DNA from: the human T2T-CHM13v2.0 reference genome, Homo sapiens
NCBI RefSeq assembly: GCF_009914755.1
Contig: NC_060928.1
Length of the DNA stretch: 64,000 nucleotides
Strand: one strand, 5' to 3'
Shown here: one piece after another, positions 1-15,072 of the stretch
Layout of the letters: each line of letters starts with the position of its first letter
Numbering within the stretch: position 1 is the stretch's first letter
Position numbers and translations under genes: made by a program
Notes under the pieces: generated by a model
Told to the model about the DNA's origin: nothing
Seen by the model: only the letters and a program-made list of their open reading frames with translations
Databases searched by the model: none

Positions 1-134
1 AGGCAACTCCTGTAATTGAGCTTAATGATAGCGGTAGAAATGGAGAAGAAAGAGATATGAGAGGTTTCAAAGTAATGAAGGGCAGGGTTTAGATCCCTGA
101 TGGGAATGAGATAAGATGAATGGTAAGATTTTTA

Positions 135-426
<292 letters not shown>

Positions 427-465
427 GTAAATGTCTTTAAGAATTCAAATAAGAATCGAAGGTCT

Positions 466-840
<375 letters not shown>

Positions 841-1149
841 TCAGAATTGAGTGTTGGATCTCTGGAGAGGACAAGATACTGAAGTTAGATTTTAAGGTCA
901 GGACTGGAGATGAAAATTGGTGAATTATAAATAGGATGTGACTATTGACCTTACTTCTTTATCATGTGGTAACTTTTCATACTCCCATTGTGGGATAATG
1001 CTGCGTTAGTTTATTTACAGTAAAGTGTCAGGTCAAACTAAGTCAGCTTACAGGACAGAAATTGTATGTAGTCAAAATTACCTGTAATCACTCTTTTTGA
1101 CTAATCCTGTTATTTTATCTAGTGAGTTGACTTCATTTCCTATGACCCT

Positions 1150-1597
1150 CCTTCAGTTACTGTGCCACCACCACATTGTTTCTTGAATCTTTCAAGCAAG
1201 GTCCCATCTTTGCTTCTTCCAATTTGCTTTTTTGCCTGGAAGACTCTTCCTGCTGATATTTGCATATGACTCAGATGCTTTGTTTCATTAAATCTCAGTA
1301 AAATGTCACCTTTTTAAGAAGACCTTCCTTGATCACCCTGTGAAATAGCCACCCACCCCAGCCCACCCTACCCCAGCTTTACTGTTATTTTTCTTCATAG
1401 TATTTATCACTAGCTAACCTTTCATTATGTAGTTGTGTATCACTAGCTAACATTACATTATATAGTTGTGACTCCCTTGTTAGAACATATGATTCATGAG
1501 AGCAGGACCTTATCTGTTGTGTTCACCTATTTATCTCCATTGTTCAGGGCAACGACTGGCTTGTCGTAGGCCCTCAATAAGTGCATTGAAGTAAATA
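1150..1597 (+). mobile_element. L2 LINE 3' fragment
   Basis: catgagagcaggaccttatctgttgtgttcac ... gtaggccctcaataag resembles the L2 3' end. Confidence 0.6.
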
Positions 1598-1644
1598 TTA
1601 TTGCATGATGAGTGGGCATTATTAGTACTTTATACATTTTTTAA

Positions 1645-2268
<624 letters not shown>

Positions 2269-2509
2269 TAGGACCTTAAAATAGTCCCTTTAGCCATCAG
2301 GTGTTCTTTGGCCATGGTTGCTTGAAGCTTCTTTTGGTACAGGACATCCTCCCTAATGCCCCTCTAAATCCCAGCCAGCCTTTGGATTTGAGGGCATACA
2401 CTTAACCTCTGCCCCCTGATTTATTTTACTCTTCTCGGTGCCCAAAGTTGTCAATGATTGTTATTTACACATTATTTCTCCTTTTTTTCTTTGACTTTTG
2501 GGAGTACAG

Positions 2510-2627
2510 TGAGTTTGGAGGGATTGAAATAATGGCAGGTGAAAGGGAAGAGAGATCCTACTATATTTTATGAATAAAGAATAAAAATGAGTGAAGCCTG
2601 ATCCTCCAAGAGCACCAGGAGAAAATG
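2510..2627 (+). other. SMARCAD1: Candidate 118-nt PTC-containing (poison) cassette exon in intron 2
   Basis: T/C tract at 2472-2499, tacag acceptor ending 2509 (alternative ggcag ending 2538), purine-rich body, donor ATG|gtatgt at 2627/2628, in-frame TAA at 2530-2532. Confidence 0.55.
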
Positions 2628-3735
2628 GTATGTAAATATATAGTTAAAATAGTATGGTGTGATAAAACCATATAATAGGGCAAAATACTAAGCAAAGTAG
2701 AATCACTATCTGTAATTCACAAATGATTGAATTATCCATTCTTCAGGGGAGGATCACAAAAAGTCACAGAGATATGACCTTTGGAGTGGACTCTAAACAA
2801 TGAAATCATTGTTTACTGGGTGAACAAATGATGAGAGAGTTGAAAATATATGTTGCCTCCAAGAGTCTAATATGTGTGTGGAGGGTTGGGGGCAGATTAT
2901 AGAACAGGAGGTTTTAGACAATATAGATGAAACTGAAAAGATAGAAGTGTAAACCATTGGGTTGTGAGGGGCCTTTATATCCTGTGTCAGGGACGGTAGA
3001 TCTTATTTGGTACACATCATAGAGCATTTCATTATGGAAATGCTATTAGTGAAGCTGTTGTATTCATTGAAGCCTCAATGTAGGGAAATGACTGTAGAGA
3101 TGACAGAGGAGGCAACTGAGGGGAGTTGTAAATGATACGCATTTGATGATATTAGGTGATCAGTTGAATGTGGAGGATTTACAGATAACTCAAATGTTCC
3201 TTGCTTGGACAGCTGGAGGATTGACACCATGGACTGAATTAAGAGGTGAGTTTAGGAGAAAGATACTAAAAATTATGTTGTGTTTGCATTACCCATCCTA
3301 TTTTAGTACCAAGGTAGTAGATGGTTGAATATTAGAGCTCAGAGAGTGGTCTAAACCCTAGAACTTGGGACTCATCAATGTCCTAAGCAGGGTGTACAAT
3401 AAAAAACATCATTTGACAATGGGCAGGAAAACCAATGAAAAATTTGAAGGATGACTAGAATAGTCATAGAAAATGATAGTGTCCTGGATACCTAAATACC
3501 TAGTTTGGTATTTAGTTGTCTAGTAACAAATCCTGTAGAGAAGTCAAGTTGAGTGGGGACTGATCAGTGACCAGTTTCCTTGGAATTAAAAGTAACTACT
3601 AACCTTTAACAGTTTCAGTAGAATGGTGATGAGATAGAGATTATTCATTCAGGAAAGGAAAGAGAGAAATAGGTAACCTGATTGGGAAGTAATGTCAAGA
3701 AAATATGTTTCAGGATTATTGAAAATTGAGCGTTC

Positions 3736-4040
3736 TTTTGTTTTTTTTTTTTTTTTTGAGACAGTTTCACTCTGTCACCCAGGCTGGAGTGCAGTGGCGC
3801 AGTCTCAACTCACTGCAATCTCTGCTCTCGGGTTCATGCCATTCTTCTGCTTCAGCCTCCTGAGTAGCTGGGACTACAGGTGCCCGCCACCACGCCGGGC
3901 TAATTTTTTTTTTTTGTATTTTTAGTAGAGACCCGGTTTCACCGTATTAGCCAGGATGGTCTCAATCTCCTGACTTGAGATCTGCCCGCCTCGGCCTCCT
4001 AAAGTGCTGGGATTACAGGCATGAGCCACCGCACCTGGCC
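3736..4040 (-). mobile_element. Alu (AluY/Sc-like)
   Basis: Poly(T) then reverse-complement Alu with gccattct and ttagccaggatggtctc diagnostics. Confidence 0.93.
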
Positions 4041-4811
4041 AAGCGTTTGTTAACCAAGGACAAGAAGCTAGTGGAGAGGGAAGGACTGAGGGAGGGAGGT
4101 ATCTGAAGAGAGGCATCAAGTGATGAGAACTGAAGAACAGTTGGACTGTTTAACTGTGCAAAAGAATAAAGACATATTTTCCCTGGGGGGGATAATTGAA
4201 GGAGATAAAAATAGATGGGTTCATAGATTATTTTGGCATTGGCGGAATGGAGGAAAGTTTTAGTATATGTTTGATGAATTTTTTTTTTTTTGCTGAAATA
4301 GATTTAGTCCTCTAGAGTGGTTGCCTTTTCAAGGTGGTTGTCATATTGAAAGTAGCACTTGTTGATAAGTGAGAGACATTTTTAAAACTATACCAGTCGT
4401 CAGAAAGATTTCCTGAGAGTATTGCTCTGCCACATACAGATTGTATGATCTTGAGTAAAAAGTCAACTGTTTGGGTCTTACAGTCTTCTCCTGGCTTTGC
4501 TTAGTTTTCTGTATTCCTTGCCCACATTAAAATGGTTATTATCCTTTGAATGATGATACTGAATGTATCATTTTAGCTTCATAATTCCGTGACCATTGCG
4601 CAATACTCAGTCTTTTTGTAGGTGTCTGTGGCCAAAATGTGAGCCATCGTTAAACCTGTAGATAGTCATTGTGGTTTCTTAATGTCTGTTAATGTTAATT
4701 GAAAAGCAATACTTAGTTAAAGGGTTAGTGCTGAATTGTTGTAACAGAAAGTACAATAAGTACTCAAAAGTAAGTAGGAATCTTAAGTGCATTTTAAATG
4801 TGCATGTATTT

Positions 4812-5100
4812 GGCTGGGCACAGTGGCTCATGCCTGTAGAGTCGCAGCACTTTGGGAGGCCGAGGCAGGAGGATTGCTTGAGACCAGGAGTTCAAGACCA
4901 GCTTGGGCAATGTAGTGAGACCCTGTCTCTACAAAAAATGAAAAAATTAGTCAGGTGTGGTGGTGTGCACCTGTAGTCCTAGCCACTTGGGAGGTTGAGA
5001 CAGAAGAATTGATTGAGCCCAGGAGTTTGAGGTTATGGTAAGCTGTGATCACTACACTACATTCCAGCCTGGGCAACAGAGTGAGATTCTGTCCCAAAAA
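4812..5100 (+). mobile_element. Alu (AluJ-type)
   Basis: ggaggattgcttgag and agtgagaccctgtctctac are AluJ features. Confidence 0.92.
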
Positions 5101-5428
5101 GGGGGGTGGGGGGGAGGAGGGGGATAGAAATATTATTTTAGTCATTGTCACTTCACCCTACACACAAATTTCACTAGTTTGTATCAGACTACATCTTGGT
5201 TTTGATGTCTGCTTTTTCATACCTGTCTAAAATATTGCAGACCTTTATTATCTTTAATAAGCTAATAGGCAAAAGTATGTTATTGTTGCTTTTTCTTTAT
5301 TTTTTAGTTTAAGTATGTTTTCATAAATTTACTAGCCATTTGGATTTTTTGTGTTTCTTTATGCTTTTCTGTTTTTCTAATACATGTCTCTCCGATAAAT
5401 TATTTGTAAGTATATCTTAAATTCCACG

Positions 5429-5781
5429 TGTCTTAGTCTGTTAGAACTGCTGTAACTACCATGAACCGGGTAGCTTATAAGCAATAGAAATCTACTCTTG
5501 GCAATTCTGGAGGCTGGGAAGTCCAAAATCAAGGTGCTGCAAGATTAGGTATCTCAGGGCCCTATTCCTAGACCACAATCTTTTAACCCCATGTGGCTGA
5601 ATGAGTGAGGGGTCTCTTGGGCCTCTTTTATAAGGGCACTAATCCCATTCATGAGTGCTCTGCCCCCATCACCTAATACCCCTTCCTCCCTCCAGCAAAT
5701 GTCACCTCCTAATACCATTACCATAATGGTTAAGATTTCAACATACCGTTTTGGGGAGTGGGGCACAAACAGACCATAGCA
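5429..5781. mobile_element. MaLR solo LTR (MLT1-family)
   Basis: tgtcttagtc ... ttctggaggctgggaagtccaaaatcaagg ... ataagggcactaatcccattcatgag ... accatagca; TG..CA ends. Confidence 0.85.
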
Positions 5782-5919
5782 CCCCCTTTGTTGTTTGCCA
5801 TAGAAAAATTTTAGATTTTTATGTGGTCACCTTGTTCATCCTTTCCTCTAAGTCTTCTGCATTCCCCATTACCACACTATAAATATACTCATTCATATTT
5901 TCCTCTAGTATGTCTGTTA

Positions 5920-6625
5920 ATTTTAAAAATTATGATAAAATACACATAAGAAAATTTACCATCTCAACCATTTTTAAGTGTACAGTTCAGTACATTCAGT
6001 TCAATACATATACATTGTCATGCAACTATTCTCCAGCACTCTTTTCATCTTGTGAAACTGAAACTCTTTATGCATTGAACAACTACTCCTCATTTCTGAT
6101 TCCCCCAGCCCCCGGCAACTACCGTTTACGTTGTCTTTTTATGAATTTGACTATTCTAAGTATCTCATTAAAGTGGAATCATCACTTAGCATAACATCCC
6201 CAGGATCCATCCATGTTGTAGCATATATCAGAATTTCCTTCCTTTTTAAGACTGAATAATATTTCACTGTGTGTATATACACATTTTGTTTATCCATTCA
6301 TCCATCAATGGGCACTTGGATTGCCTCCACATCTTGGCTGTTTGAATTGTATTGCAGTAAACATGAATGTGTAAATATTCTCTTTGAAACCCTGCTTTCA
6401 GTTCTTTTGGTTGTATACCCAGAAGTGGTATTGCTGGATCATATAGTAATTCTATTTTTAATTTTTTGCGGAACCTCCATACCGTTTTCCATAGGTGCTC
6501 CACCATTTTACATTTCTGCCAACAGTGTGGTGGGTTCCAGTTTCTCCACATCCTCTCCAACCTTGTTATTTCCTGTGTTTTTGATAATAGCCAACATAAT
6601 GGACATGAGTTTGTATCTCACTTTG
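5920..6625 (-). mobile_element. L1M (L1MA/MB-type) 3' end including a remnant of the ORF2 C-terminus
   Basis: Minus-strand translation KLKIELLYDPAIPLLGI.PKE ... KCPLMDEWINKM is L1 ORF2p C-terminal sequence. Confidence 0.88.
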
Positions 6626-7229
6626 GGTTTCATGTTGATTTTTAACTTTAAATCTCCTCTGAATTTTATTTCATTATAGGGACTAAAGAAAGGGTGATAT
6701 CGTTTTCTCCTTTGTTCATTATTCACCAGTTACTAGTCAGTTTTTCATTTATTGAAAAATCCTTTTTCTTACATTAAAATGTCATCATTATAGTCTAAAA
6801 TTCCCATGTTTGTTTGCATCTTTGGGTCTGTTAATCTGTTCCTCTAATCTTAATTTACCAGATTATTTTAATTTTTATAGTGTCATATATATGATGTATC
6901 CTAGATTTTGATGTGTTTTTGTTGTTGTTGTTTTCTCTTTGACCTGAAAGTTGTTTAGAAGCCATTTTTATGAGGTTTTGTCTCTTTTTAAAAAATTTCC
7001 AACTGGCAGAAATTTTGCTTGCATATTTTTGTTAACATTTACTTCTAATTTCACTGTTTTGTGACCAGAGAATGTGGTCTGTAGTATTTCTTCTTTGGGG
7101 GAAATTAACTCAGATTTTCTTTGTGGCCTAATATTTAATTTCTGTAAAAATTCAAGGGTGCTTGGAAAGAAAACATAATCTAAGTACAGATTTAATTATA
7201 TGTCGAATAATAGATGAGTTTTATTATAT

Positions 7230-7486
7230 CTTTGTTTTTCAAACTGGATCATAAACATTTATTGTGTCATAAAATCAATTTCTTGGGTCCTGACTAAATA
7301 TGTATAACTACAATTTTTAATGGAGTAGAACAAATAGAAAATTATCAAAGTGTATTGCTTATAGTAAGAGCTGCTCACATTTTCTTTCAGTTACACTTGC
7401 AAATCTAACAATCTGTGTGCTTAGTATCATAATCTGAAATATGTCTCTCACAGTGGGTTTCAGTCAAAAATGTTTGAAAAACACTG
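7230..7486. mobile_element. hAT-Charlie-type MITE (MER family)
   Basis: Terminal inverted repeats ctttgtttttcaaac and gtttgaaaaacactg. Confidence 0.6.
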
Positions 7487-7756
7487 TTCTACATCTTGTT
7501 TATTTTTGTGCTCTTGCTTTATTAAGAGCATAGAGAAAAGTTAATGCTTCATATTTGTCTCTTGACTCTTTGCCTTATATATCCTACAATTTTTATGCAT
7601 TTCATTATTAGTATGGAGTTGGGATATGTCAGTTATATTTTTATTGTAGGTATAAAGTCTATTATTTAGAAGTCCCTCCTTTAGGTTTAACGCTTTTGCC
7701 TTGTTCAGTGTTAATTGCATGACTTTCTTTTCCTTTATGTTTTAATTAATTAATTG

Positions 7757-8083
<327 letters not shown>

Positions 8084-8226
8084 TAAATTTGAAATGGGGT
8101 TTTTTCCCTCATTTTGTCTTAGAATGATGTATTAGAAACTACTCTTTAATCTTATATTTAGTGTATTGTTTGTCTTTTCTAGGGTATTTATTAGAGAGTT
8201 TGATTCATCTTTTATTAAGATGCTAA

Positions 8227-8629
<403 letters not shown>

Positions 8630-9701
8630 TAGTTGGTATTTGAAGGAACTGCCTTGAAAATCAGTTGCCATCTAAAGGATTGAACAGTGTAGAGCAATAC
8701 ATGATTTGAATATCAGAAACGGCAGGGATTTATAATTCTGCAAGACAGGTATAAAGGTTTAGGTGTTTTTATTCTATTTTGGGAGATCACCTTTGTTTAT
8801 GGATTATCAAATTAATTTAAAGTATTTCTATGTGAATTCATAATCTCCCACTAGTGATTTTTTTTGTTCGAATGAGCCTTAATCTCCTACTAGTGATTTT
8901 TTGTTTGAAGGAGCCTTGATCTTGGACCACCGAAAAGGTAAAACCAGTGGCAAGCTTGAATGCTTGTTTTATGGTAGACTTAGATACGAGAACGGGTAAA
9001 GGGTACTGGATAAACTTGGGATATAAGATTGTCTTCTTTTATGCATACCACTCATACCACTGGTGGGAAATTTCATTTGGAATTACTCCCTAGGGCCATG
9101 GAGTCTTCCTGCATATGCTAATAATGTAAGTTCCCATTACCTTTGGTAATAAGAAAATATCTTTAAAACAAGTTAGCTTTTCCTATTGTTTTTATATGGA
9201 AGGACAGGCTGTTTTCCCTCCTGTTCATTTAGCATTTTGTGTATTCTCTCATTGCACAAATTATGCTTATAACATAGTTACTCATGAACATGGCTACTTC
9301 ACTCCTATTTCAAAAGGGCAAGTTGAACTGTAACTTGCCATTATTTTGCTTTAATATCCCCCACCTGGTACAATGCCTTAAACACAGACAATATTCAGCA
9401 TATGTCAGAATTGAATAGTAGCAGATGTCTTTTCTTTATAACTGTTTCTGCTTTTCACTATTCTTTCCTCTGTTTTTGTAGTTTTCCTTTTTGCTTCCTG
9501 TCTCTTTTATGGTACTACTTAAAAGTGCCTATTTGCTTTGAATTAAAAAGCATCATTGCAGCAGGAATATCTTTTTAGCCATTGGCTGTTAGCTATTTTG
9601 CTGTTGCTTACTTCTGAAAATAGTCCAGATAAACAAATCTAAGTGTTCAGCACTATTCTAATTCTGATTATTGACTATACCAGTATGTTGATATATTATA
9701 A

Positions 9702-10023
<322 letters not shown>

Positions 10024-10027
10024 TCAT

Positions 10028-11889
10028 CAGTTTTCAAAGTGTGGTCTGTGAACTTTTTGAATGTTCCCTGAGGACTTCTGAGGGTGTCTACAAGATCAAA
10101 ACTATTGTCATAATAATATTAAGACACTACTTGCCTTTTTCACGATATTGATATTTGCACTCATGGTGCAAAAGCAATCATAGGTAAAATTGCTGGTGCC
10201 TTAGCACCACGGATCAAGGCCAAGGCTCTAGACGGTTCTAGTAGTCAATGTATTCTTAAAATTGTGTAAATGCCAGTATCACTTAAAGACTCTTGAAGCA
10301 GTAAAAATTAGTAATTTTATTAAATCTCAACTTAGGAGATGTCTTTTTAATACTTTGTGAAACAAAATGTGAAGTACGCATCACTGCATACCGTACAACA
10401 GTGATCTCAAGGGAAGGCGTTTGAGCAATTGCTTTGTGCTAACCAGTCACGTTTCTTTCCCAGAACACCACTGATTCACAAAGTATGGTTATACAAACTT
10501 AGGAATTTGGCAGATGTTTTCTCAAAATGAACAAAGTAATACAAAGAAAACAACACAGTATGTATTTCCAGTGATAAAACCCCAGTTTTCAAAGGAAAGT
10601 TTGAATTTTGGAAAACTAGTGTCCATGACTGTGAGTTTGACAGCTTCCAGATACTTAGACATTTCTGAGAAGATCAATGGTGATATTAACAAAAGTAATT
10701 TTTTAATATAATATCATGAAATGTGTCGACCTTTGGAAGATGTGTATTACTCAGTGAACTAGTATTTTCCAAATGACCAAAGCACAGTATTAGGAAATAA
10801 TACATGGTTAACGGTTTTAACGTAATAGAATGCAAAATGTTTTTTCGTATGGTTCCAGTTTCCACATTGCAAATAACTCTAAGAAATTACCACCTGTCAA
10901 GTTTGGGTTTAGTATCAAAGAAAAATATTCACAATAATCTAAAAAGGCTATGAAAGTACCCCTCCTTTCTCCAACTACATAACTTTGTGAGGCATAATTT
11001 TTTCACAAAATGAAATGAAAACAATGTATTGCAACAGATTAAAGGTAGAAACAGATATGAGAATCCAGCCATCTTGTATTAAACCAGAGATTTTGACAAA
11101 TATAAAACAGTGTCATCTGACTAAATAAATTACTTGTGGCTTGGATATATAGTTTTCATGAAGATGTTGTAGGGGAGCCAGAGATCACTTCCAACTCCCG
11201 TTTAGCTCTTATATGGGCTCTTTTGGCTGAATCTAGAAACCAGATCAACACCAGGAAGATTACAAAAGAAAAGCGTACCATTTTATTAGGTCTATATGTA
11301 CATGGAGATCTACCCGAGAGAAATCAGAAGAACTGACCAAAGCAAGATGCTTTTTTACTTTTTAGACAAAGAGCAATAAATTTGAGAAGAAATGATAGGA
11401 CAAAGGGGATCTGGCAATGGGCAGCAAACTTTTAGGGGAGTCACTGGGAGACATATGGGGGGTGTAAAACTGGTGGAAGATAAGTGTTACTTTGGTAAGT
11501 ATATTTAATCAGGTCTGTGCAACCCTCAATTCTCAGTCACTGGTGATAAGGGCTATATATTTGCCCTGGTACGGAGAGGGTACCCCTCCCAGAGGAGCCT
11601 TCATGACTTGCTGCATGCAAGAAGAGATGAGTCAGCTACCCATTTCTGAAACTACAATTTCTCCAGTGTTGTCAACTCATATCAATGGTTTGGCATATTT
11701 TGAAATGACATGTTTTTCATTACTTCAATATATTATGTTAATATGTGAAATGTTTGGTTTTAAGTAAATAAATATTTAAACATTCACTTTTATTTTCAAG
11801 TATGGTAGGTATCAGAGATACAACTGACATAAGGAAAAACTCTTTGGGACTTAAAGAGTACGAAGGGGTTCTGAATTGGAGAAATGTTG
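10028..11889. mobile_element. Charlie1-type hAT DNA transposon fossil, interrupted by an LTR
   Basis: 5' end cagttttcaaagtgtggtc ... gatcaaaactattgtcataataatattaagac and 3' end aaaaactctttggg ... aaggggttctga resemble Charlie1a ends. Confidence 0.75.
11168..11727. mobile_element. ERV1-class solo LTR (MER34-like) nested in Charlie1
   Basis: 560 bp with TG...CA termini, flanked by atgt/atat (degenerate 4-bp TSD); family assigned from memory. Confidence 0.7.
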
Positions 11890-12155
11890 TATCATAGCTT
11901 TTCCTCACCCAGCCCCCCACCCCCAACATTATACTATTTCCTCTGTTAATCACTTGCCAAGCAGGCTGTGAGGATGCCACTTGGTTCAGTACAGTCTGCA
12001 TGTTTAATGTATATATTTTGAGAGTATATATTACATATCTGATAAGTGCTAAGTAATTGAGTACATAATGGGAAGTAAGCCAAATTTTATTTTATTTTTT
12101 CTGTATTCTTCTGTTCTGTTAACTAAGCATATTAAAGGTTAATTTTAAAAATTGA

Positions 12156-12464
<309 letters not shown>

Positions 12465-12624
12465 TTATGTCTTCACCATGTATTTTGTACTACAGTCTGT
12501 ATAAGGGAGAAAAACAAAGAAAAGGTCAATAAAGAGTCATGTTCAGGAAGTTCTAGTTCTCCTAATCCTCACTAATTAAATTTTTAGACCCCCCTACAGG
12601 TGAAAAGATTATTCTTCATTTTTT

Positions 12625-12662
12625 ATCTGCAGTCCAGTGCTCTGCCTCTGAGCTGTAACCCC
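12625..12662 (-). pseudogene. tRNA-Cys(GCA) 5'-half retropseudogene
   Basis: Minus strand reads GGGGTTACAGCTCAGAGGCAGAGCACTGGACTGCAGAT, versus tRNA-Cys GGGGGTATAGCTCAGTGGTAGAGCATTTGACTGCAGAT. An 11-bp TSD tcttcattttt lies at 12613-12623 and 12668-12678. Confidence 0.85.
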
Positions 12663-12687
12663 TCCTGTCTTCATTTTTAATAAAGAG

Positions 12688-12988
12688 GGCCGGGCGTGGT
12701 AGCTCACATCTGTAATCCCAGCACTTTGGGAGGCCGAGGCAGGTGGATCACGAGGTCAGGAGTTTGAGACCAGCCTGGCAGATATGGTGAAACTCCATCT
12801 CTACTAAAAATACAAAAATTAGCCAGGTGTGGTGGTGGGCGCCTGTAGTCTCAGCTACTCAGGAGGCTGAGGCAGAAGAATCACTGGAGCCCAGGAGGCG
12901 GAGGTTGCAATGAGCTGAGATCACGCCACTGTACTCTAGCCTGGGCGACAGAGCGAGACTCTGTCTCAAAAATAAATAAATAAATAAC
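12688..12988 (+). mobile_element. Alu (AluSg-like)
   Basis: Full dimer; TSD aataaagag. Confidence 0.95.
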
Positions 12989-13035
12989 AATAAAGAGAGT
13001 TTTTAAGGAAAACTGGACAATTCATTTTCTCATAG

Positions 13036-13346
<311 letters not shown>

Positions 13347-13803
13347 TCTCATAGTCTTCCTGAAGTGTCAGAAAGTAGGACTTTATTGTTAAAGTGTTCA
13401 ATTGACAGGCATTAGCTTTAGTTCTCATTTTTAATACAGTAAAGATTTAAATTTTTAGTTTTATGTATTTTTAGATTTGTGATACATCAGCAAAACTGTA
13501 AAATCAGAGTCTAAAGTACCTCTATACTTACTATATAGGAGTTTGGACTGTTTTATTACTTTGTGTATGATGATAATATGTAGGTTTCTTCATGTTTATG
13601 GCAATTAACATGGATGTGATTTATTCCACTACAGAGTTGTTTGCTCAACTTGCATGCAATGTTTATAAAATTGTTCTTTTGGAAAAAAGTATGATTTGCT
13701 TTTTGCTGTTGTTCCTAGGACTGCATTGTAGGAAATAGAGAAATGTTTGTGTTTTGGTGCTCTCTAGAGCAAATAGTAGTTGTGTAGTACTTGGTTGTTG
13801 TTA

Positions 13804-14096
13804 CAGGTTGAGTATCCCTTATCTGAAGTTCTTGGGACCAGAAATGTTTCTCATTTTAGATTTTGGAATATTTGCATATACATAATGAGATTGGGAATGG
13901 AACCCAAGTCTAAAACCCAGCTGATCTGTATTTCACATACACCAAGTTTGTGCGTAAAACAAAGTTTTTACAGCATTTTTGATCACATGAGATCAGATGT
14001 GGAATTTTCCACTCTTGGAGTCATGTCAGTGCTCAAAAGATTTCAGATTTTAGAACATTTTTTATTTTGGGTTTTTGGATCAGGATGTTCAATCTG
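13804..14096. mobile_element. Tigger4/MER46-type TcMar MITE
   Basis: TA|caggttgagtatcc ... ggatgttcaatctg|TA: TIRs with TA TSD. Confidence 0.88.
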
Positions 14097-14626
14097 TATT
14101 TACAGATACAGCTCGTGAGCCCTAATAATGATTGTTATAATTTAGTGTTACGATTTAATGGAGGTGGCTAATAGTTTTAGGGTATAACAGTTTAGACTTT
14201 TGGACTTGGATTTCAGATCTACTTTCTCCTATATGACTTTGGGCAAGTTGCTTTTTCTCTCAGGGTTTATTTCTCTCTTTCATGGGGGATATGTGTCCCT
14301 CATGATTATTGTGAGGTTTAAATGTTTATTATATTTGAAGACTTGATAATGACCTACGAGAGAATTAATGACAGCTATCATTTTTAACCTTTGAACTAAA
14401 GATTCAACTGGTCATTGCTTTTTAAAATTAATTTCCTAGACCAGGCACTGTGTTTACTTTAATACGACTCCCTTCAATCTGATCCATTCCTCCTAAAATA
14501 TGTAAGGGTAAATGGTGGTTTTATTGGCAAAAGGGAAAATAATGTTGGAATTTACCCCTTGGAGAGAAGAGATCTTGGTGTAATACTTTATTGACTTGTT
14601 TTTGAACAGACAGATGATACCAATCA

Positions 14627-15072
14627 TACTAGTTTTCTAGAACTGCCATAACAAAATGCTACAGGTTCGGTGACTTAAGAAATTTATTTTTCACAATTGT
14701 GTAGCTTTGAAGTCCAAGATCAAGTTGGCATGTGTTTTCTTCTTGGGCCTCTTTCCTTGGCTTGTAAGGTGATCTCCTTCCTGCCTTGTCTTCAAATGGC
14801 CTTTCCTTCTTTTGCATCCCGGTGTGTCTCCCTTTTCTTATAAGGACATCAGTCATATTGGACTCAGAGCCCATCCTGTAGGCCTCATTTTAACATAATA
14901 ATTTTGAGGGTACAATCTCCAAATATAGTCACAAAGAGTAGGGCCCACACACATGACCTCAGTTAAACCTTAATTACCTTTTTAGAGGCCTCATCTCCAA
15001 ATACAATTACATTTTGAGGTATTGGTGATTGGGACTTAATGATGGGGAGGAGTACACAGTTCAGCCCATACA
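14627..15072. mobile_element. MaLR solo LTR (MLT1-family)
   Basis: actgccataacaaa ... aagtccaagatcaag ... cttataaggacatcagtcatattgga ... acacagttcagcccata. Confidence 0.82.

Noticed and set aside
1405-1470. 33-bp tandem duplication (also 19 bp at 16515-16551 and 22 bp at about 33757-33800)
   Set aside because: Two-copy slippage events inside old repeats with no spacers; not CRISPR-like and no sign of function.
6264-6679. Overlapping 98-aa and 136-aa ORFs
   Set aside because: Remnant of L1 ORF2 C-terminus and its antisense frame.
12625-12662. Functional tRNA-Cys gene
   Set aside because: Only the 5' half is present; there is no T-arm/B-box or 3' acceptor strand.
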